A stretch of 64,000 bases of DNA from Vulcanimicrobiota bacterium (GTDB taxonomy: Bacteria > Vulcanimicrobiota > Vulcanimicrobiia > Vulcanimicrobiales > Vulcanimicrobiaceae): positions 132,874 to 196,873 of the forward strand of contig CAVTCS010000005.1 of assembly GCA_963733295.1 (NCBI GenBank). The letters run 5' to 3'. Each line of letters opens with the position of its first letter. The stretch's first letter is position 1. Below the pieces are notes generated by a model. That model saw only the letters and a list, made by a program, of their open reading frames with translations. It made no database searches and was not told the DNA's origin. The position numbers were made by a program, and so were the translations under genes. Positions 60,099 through 64,000 of this stretch are shown here, in pieces.

Positions 60099-61885
60099 GG
60101 GTGTGACTTCGACGCGGGCGCCGCGCTCACCAAGCGGTCGATGCGGGGAAGGATGCCGGCGTGCAGCATCGCCAGCCGGCCGATTTCGGCAAAGGCGGGG
60201 GCCGCGACGACCGAGCCGTAGATGGCGCCCACGGGGCGCTCGATCTTGACCAGAATCACGTAGCGCGGCGACACCGCCGGAATCATTCCGATGAACGAGG
60301 CGACGTACAGGCCGGGAACGTAGGCGCCGTTTTCCGCGATTTGGGCCGTCCCCGTCTTACCGGCGGTCGTGTATCCGGGAATCTGCGCAGTGGGATTCCC
60401 GGTTCCGCGCGTCACGACGGTTCGCATGAAACCGCGCAGTGTCGCCGCCGTTGCGGCGGAGATCGCGCGGCGCTCGACCTCGCTGCCGTAGCGGTAGACG
60501 ACGTTGCCGCGATCGTCGAGAATTTCGGAAGCGATGCGCGGCCTCAGGAGCATTCCCCCGTTCGCGATCGCACAGTAAGCGCGAGCCATCGCCAGCGGCG
60601 TCGTCGCGATGCCGTGGCCGAACGAAATCGTCGGTAAGGTCGTGTCGCCCCAGCTCGGGAGGGGCGGAACGATTCCGGGATTCTCGCCAGGCAGATCGAC
60701 CTCGGTCGGTTGGCCAAAGCCGAAAGCCCGAATCGCGCGCATCATCGCGCGCGGTCCGATTGCGAGGCCGACTTCGGCGGCTCCGACGTTGTGCGAGTAG
60801 TCGACGATCTGTTCGAGCGTCTCGCCGTTGCTGCTCGCGGCGAGAAAGCCGTCCTCCGCATTATGGATGACGTGCGAGCCGATCCGCATCTCGTCGCGCG
60901 CGGGGAAAAGACGGGTTAAGCTGACCTTACCGCTCTCGAGCGCCGCAGCTGCCGTTATCAGCTTAAAGGTGGAACCGGGTTCGTAGGCGTCGGTGACCGC
61001 GCGGTCGCGGCGTTCGTCGGGCGTGTAGCGGGCGAACTGGCGCGCATCGTAATCCGGTGAATTCGCAAGCGCCAAGATCTCGCCGGTCCACGGATTCATG
61101 ACGATCGCCGAACCGCTGCGTGCGTGCCACTTCGCGACCGTTTCGTGCAAGATTCGCTCCACGCTGTACTGCAAGTACGAATCGAGCGTCAAGACCAGAC
61201 TGTGACCGGCGCGCGCGGGCGCGATCACGTGCGGCGGCGCGAACGGAAGGGCGCGTCCGAATTGATCGGTTTCGAGCGACATCTCGCCGGGCGTTCCGCG
61301 CAAGATGCCGTCGAACTCGTACTCGATGCCCTCCAGACCGTTCTCGTCGATGCCGGTGAAACCGATCAGCGTCGAAGCCAGCCGTCCGGCCGGAACGAAG
61401 CGAATTCCGGTGTTCTCCGGTACGATGCTGATGCCGTCGAGCGAGCGGGTCGCGATCCGATCGGCGACTGCGCTCGGAACCTTCCGTTCGATCACGACGT
61501 AGGAGTCGCGCGAGCGCAGGCGCTGCTCGACGAAAGGCTCCGGCAGGCCGACCAGCGGCGCCAGCACGCGTGCCGTCTTTTCCTTGTCGCGAACGTCGGC
61601 GGTGCTCGCGTAAACGCTCTGCGAGGGCACCGACCGGACCAGAACGACGCCGTTGCGATCGTAGATCGCGCCGCGCCGCGCCACCAGGTCGACCGTCCGC
61701 AGACGCTGCTCGTAAGCGCGGTGCGCGAGCCACGGTCCCTGGCGAATTTGGACGACGTAAAGCCGCCAGATCAAGAAGCCGGCGACGATCGCGAGAAGAT
61801 AAAACGCGACCTTTGCCCGCCAGCGGCTCGTGCGCTCGAGCGCCGCGGCGGGACGGCGCGCGACGTAGGGGCGCGCCGGGTTCAA
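60095..61885 (-). CDS. ftsI: Class B penicillin-binding protein FtsI/SpoVD-like
   Basis: RGAIYDRNG, GLEGIE, EPGSTFK, SHN, KTGTAQ. Confidence 0.92.
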   Translation of the reverse strand: MNPARPYVARRPAAALERTSRWRAKVAFYLLAIVAGFLIWRLYVVQIRQGPWLAHRAYEQRLRTVDLVARRGAIYDRNGVVLVRSVPSQSVYASTADVRDKEKTARVLAPLVGLPEPFVEQRLRSRDSYVVIERKVPSAVADRIATRSLDGISIVPENTGIRFVPAGRLASTLIGFTGIDENGLEGIEYEFDGILRGTPGEMSLETDQFGRALPFAPPHVIAPARAGHSLVLTLDSYLQYSVERILHETVAKWHARSGSAIVMNPWTGEILALANSPDYDARQFARYTPDERRDRAVTDAYEPGSTFKLITAAAALESGKVSLTRLFPARDEMRIGSHVIHNAEDGFLAASSNGETLEQIVDYSHNVGAAEVGLAIGPRAMMRAIRAFGFGQPTEVDLPGENPGIVPPLPSWGDTTLPTISFGHGIATTPLAMARAYCAIANGGMLLRPRIASEILDDRGNVVYRYGSEVERRAISAATAATLRGFMRTVVTRGTGNPTAQIPGYTTAGKTGTAQIAENGAYVPGLYVASFIGMIPAVSPRYVILVKIERPVGAIYGSVVAAPAFAEIGRLAMLHAGILPRIDRLVSAAPASKSHP

Positions 61886-62306
61886 TGGAGCCAGGCGGTA
61901 AGCGAGGCGAGAAACGTGCCGCCGTGCGCCGGCGCCGGAGGTTCGGGTAACCGCGCGACGCTGAGCGTCGCGCTTTCCTTCATGCCGAGATCCTTGGCGA
62001 TGCGCGCCAGACGTTCGCGCGACTCGAGCGTCTCGAGCCGTTCGTCGAGGCGCGTCGTTTCCTCGATCAAGCGCGCCCGCGACTGCGCGTCGCGCGTCAA
62101 CTGGTAACTCATCCGCGTCACGTTGGCCATCAGTCCGAGGTAGACGACGACGCAGATCGTCAGCAAGCTGAGCGTTGCGACGATCTGGACGGCTACGGAG
62201 TAGCGCTCGCGGCGGCTGCGTGCCCGGCGCCGGGTCACCGCGCCGCGACCCGCGCGCGAGCCGGTTCGCGGACGTACTCCGGCTCGGGTAGCGACCGCGC
62301 GATCAT
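61882..62306 (-). CDS. ftsL: FtsL-like cell division protein, frameshift near 62238
   Basis: ATG overlapping rsmH stop (MIARSLPEP...), then TM + coiled coil + RIAKDLGM in another frame; position between rsmH and ftsI. Confidence 0.75.
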
Positions 62307-63164
62307 ACGAGCCGCTCCGCGATCCGGAGCTTGGCGCTGCGCGAACGGGGATTCCGCTCGCGTTCGAGATCGGTTGCGACCAGTGGCTTGCGAGTCACTA
62401 CCCCCAGACGCGGATCGTCGCGGAAAGTCTGCTTCACGATGCGGTCCTCGAGTGAGTGAAACGTGATGACGGCGATGCGCGCGCCCGCGGCGGTACGCTC
62501 GATCGCTGCGGCCAGTCCGCGTTCGAGGGCGCCGAGTTCGTCGTTGACCGCGATGCGCAAAGCCTGGAAGGTTCGCGTTGCCGGATGGATGCCTCGCGGC
62601 GGCCACGGACGTGCACGCTACCCGCAACGAGGCGCGCCAGCTCGAGGGTCGTCTGGGGCAGTCGGCCGGCCTCGCGGGCGCCGACGATCGCGCGAGCGAT
62701 CCGGCGCGAAGCGCGCTCCTCACCGTAGCGATAGATGATGCCGGCGAGTTCTTCCTCAACGCTCGAGGCGAGCAAATCGGCCGCGCTCGGACCGCTGCCC
62801 GCGCTCATTCGCATGTCCAGCGGCCCATCCGCCGCAAACGAAAATCCGCGCTCGGGACGGTCGAGTTGCATCGAGCTGACGCCCAAGTCGAAAAGGATCC
62901 CGTCAACGCTTTCGACGCCGCGTTCGTCGAGACGCGCGCCAGCTCGTCGAAGTTACGATGCACCAATTCAAGCGATGCGGCGCCGGCTTGTGGAGCACGC
63001 GCAGTGGGATCGCGGTCGAACGCGAGAACGCGCGCGCCTCGTTCGACGAGCGCGCGGCTGTGGCCGCCGGCCCCGTAGGTCGCGTCGACGTAGAGGCCAC
63101 CGGCTCGCACCGCGAGTCCTGCGACGACTTCGTCGAGGAGAACCGGAACGTGCTCGGAGGCCAC
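62303..63164 (-). CDS. rsmH: 16S rRNA m4C1402 methyltransferase RsmH, two frameshifts (~62930, ~62592)
   Basis: [16 protein letters not shown] | [26 protein letters not shown] | [33 protein letters not shown]. Confidence 0.93.
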
Positions 63165-63165
63165 A

Positions 63166-63608
63166 CTAATAGAGACCCAGTTCCGACGACAGCGCGGCGG
63201 CGTCGTCGTTCGACGGTTTCATCTTCCCGAGCTTGTCCTTCGCCCAAAGTTCGACGCGAGTCAGCGAACCGATCGCGACGACTTCGCGCTCGATCGTGGC
63301 GTACGCGCGTTGCGCGGCCGGAACGAGCAAGCGGCCTTGCGCATCGCACGACGCTTCGTCGGTGTGCGCGAACAGATGGCGCACGAAGCGCCGGTAACGG
63401 TCGTCCTTCAGCGGCGCCGCGTCGAGCCGCTCGCAAAACGCTTCCCACGTCGCCGACGGGTAGAGTGCGAGACACGGATCGGGAGGTGCGATCGTTAGAA
63501 TGAAGCCGCCTCCGAGGCGTTCGCGAAAGCGCGCCGGCACGACGAGCCGCCCTTTTCGTCAAGGGTAAGCTCGACCCGGCCGGTAAAGCGCGGCAGATCG
63601 CGTGCCAG
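63166..63608 (-). CDS. mraZ: MraZ regulator (apparent CTG start; frameshift near 63551)
   Basis: [45 protein letters not shown] 7 nt before CTG. Confidence 0.9.
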
Positions 63609-63618
63609 GGGAGAACCT

Positions 63619-63679
63619 CCACTTGGACCCACCAGTTACCACTGGCCACCACTATAACCCGCTACTCAAGGAGACGCAA
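63619..63679 (-). promoter_or_regulatory. dcw promoter with four MraZ-binding GTGG repeats
   Basis: Minus strand TTGCGT-17 nt-TATAGT; GTGG repeated at exact 10-nt period (CCAC at 63619, 63629, 63639, 63649). Confidence 0.8.
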
Positions 63680-63731
63680 GGGCGCGCGCGATGTCGTGAC
63701 GGCTGCTAACGCGCGTTGCGAGAGCGCGAAT

Positions 63732-63745
63732 CGAACGTATGTACG
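63732..63745. promoter_or_regulatory. Possible LexA (SOS) box
   Basis: CGAACGTATGTACG versus Gram-positive consensus CGAAC-N4-GTTCG, one mismatch. Confidence 0.4.
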
Positions 63746-63904
63746 AGCGACGCGACATGCTTTCCGGCGAACTCGGCCTGGCGCCCTACGGGGCTGGGTC
63801 AACAATATTTCCGCGCTGGCGGATAGCCGATATGCCGGTTCGAAACGTTCCCTAGTAGAGCGCGTTGCGTGAGGACGCGCGGACGGAAGAGCGGGGCGGA
63901 AATC

Positions 63905-64000
63905 ATGGCAGAGTCCCTGAGCGGGCGCGGCGAGCTTCTCCGGGACGGCGCGTGGCGCGCGCGGATCGTTGCCGTCGTCATTGCTTTGGCGGTACTGACC
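63905..64000 (+). CDS. 5' end of a membrane/secreted protein (truncated by window)
   Basis: MAESLSGRGELLRDGAWRARIVAVVIALAVLT open to end. Confidence 0.5.
   Translation, partial: MAESLSGRGELLRDGAWRARIVAVVIALAVLT

Noticed and set aside
62303..63608. rsmH/mraZ/ftsL as pseudogenes or programmed frameshifts
   Set aside because: Motifs are intact, no slippery heptamers, single-base losses mostly in short homopolymers; sequencing error is more parsimonious

Overview
GC-rich bacterial chromosome segment. It is probably from a diderm Terrabacteria lineage such as Eremiobacterota/Vulcanimicrobiota; this is inferred from the Firmicutes-like infC-rpmI-rplT/trmH-yqzL-pheST-cvpA synteny, the CIRCE boxes and the tandem aspartyl proteases, and was not tested. 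Mostly housekeeping: nadA (partial), meaB, tricorn protease, three tandem double-retropepsin proteases, L20-leader/infC-rpmI-rplT, pheST interrupted by a small toxin-antitoxin-like insert, a UGA(Sec)-containing selD, hsp20-lon and groESL with CIRCE boxes, an esterase-SDR fusion plus Baeyer-Villiger monooxygenase, alr, gltA-hisBHA, and the dcw cluster mraZ to ddl. The most interesting observations are: (1) a CofE/F420-glutamyl-ligase-fold gene translationally coupled between murF and mraY, a candidate peptidoglycan-modifying ligase; (2) a two-gene operon pairing a MauE plus double-thioredoxin membrane fusion with a ~58-Cys Tat-type exported protein; (3) several conserved genes that appear to start at non-canonical codons (ATA/ATC/CTG). 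Several single-base frameshifts (mraZ, rsmH x2, ftsL, an epimerase, DUF6516) look like long-read indel errors. No CRISPR array, rRNA, tRNA or transposase was seen.
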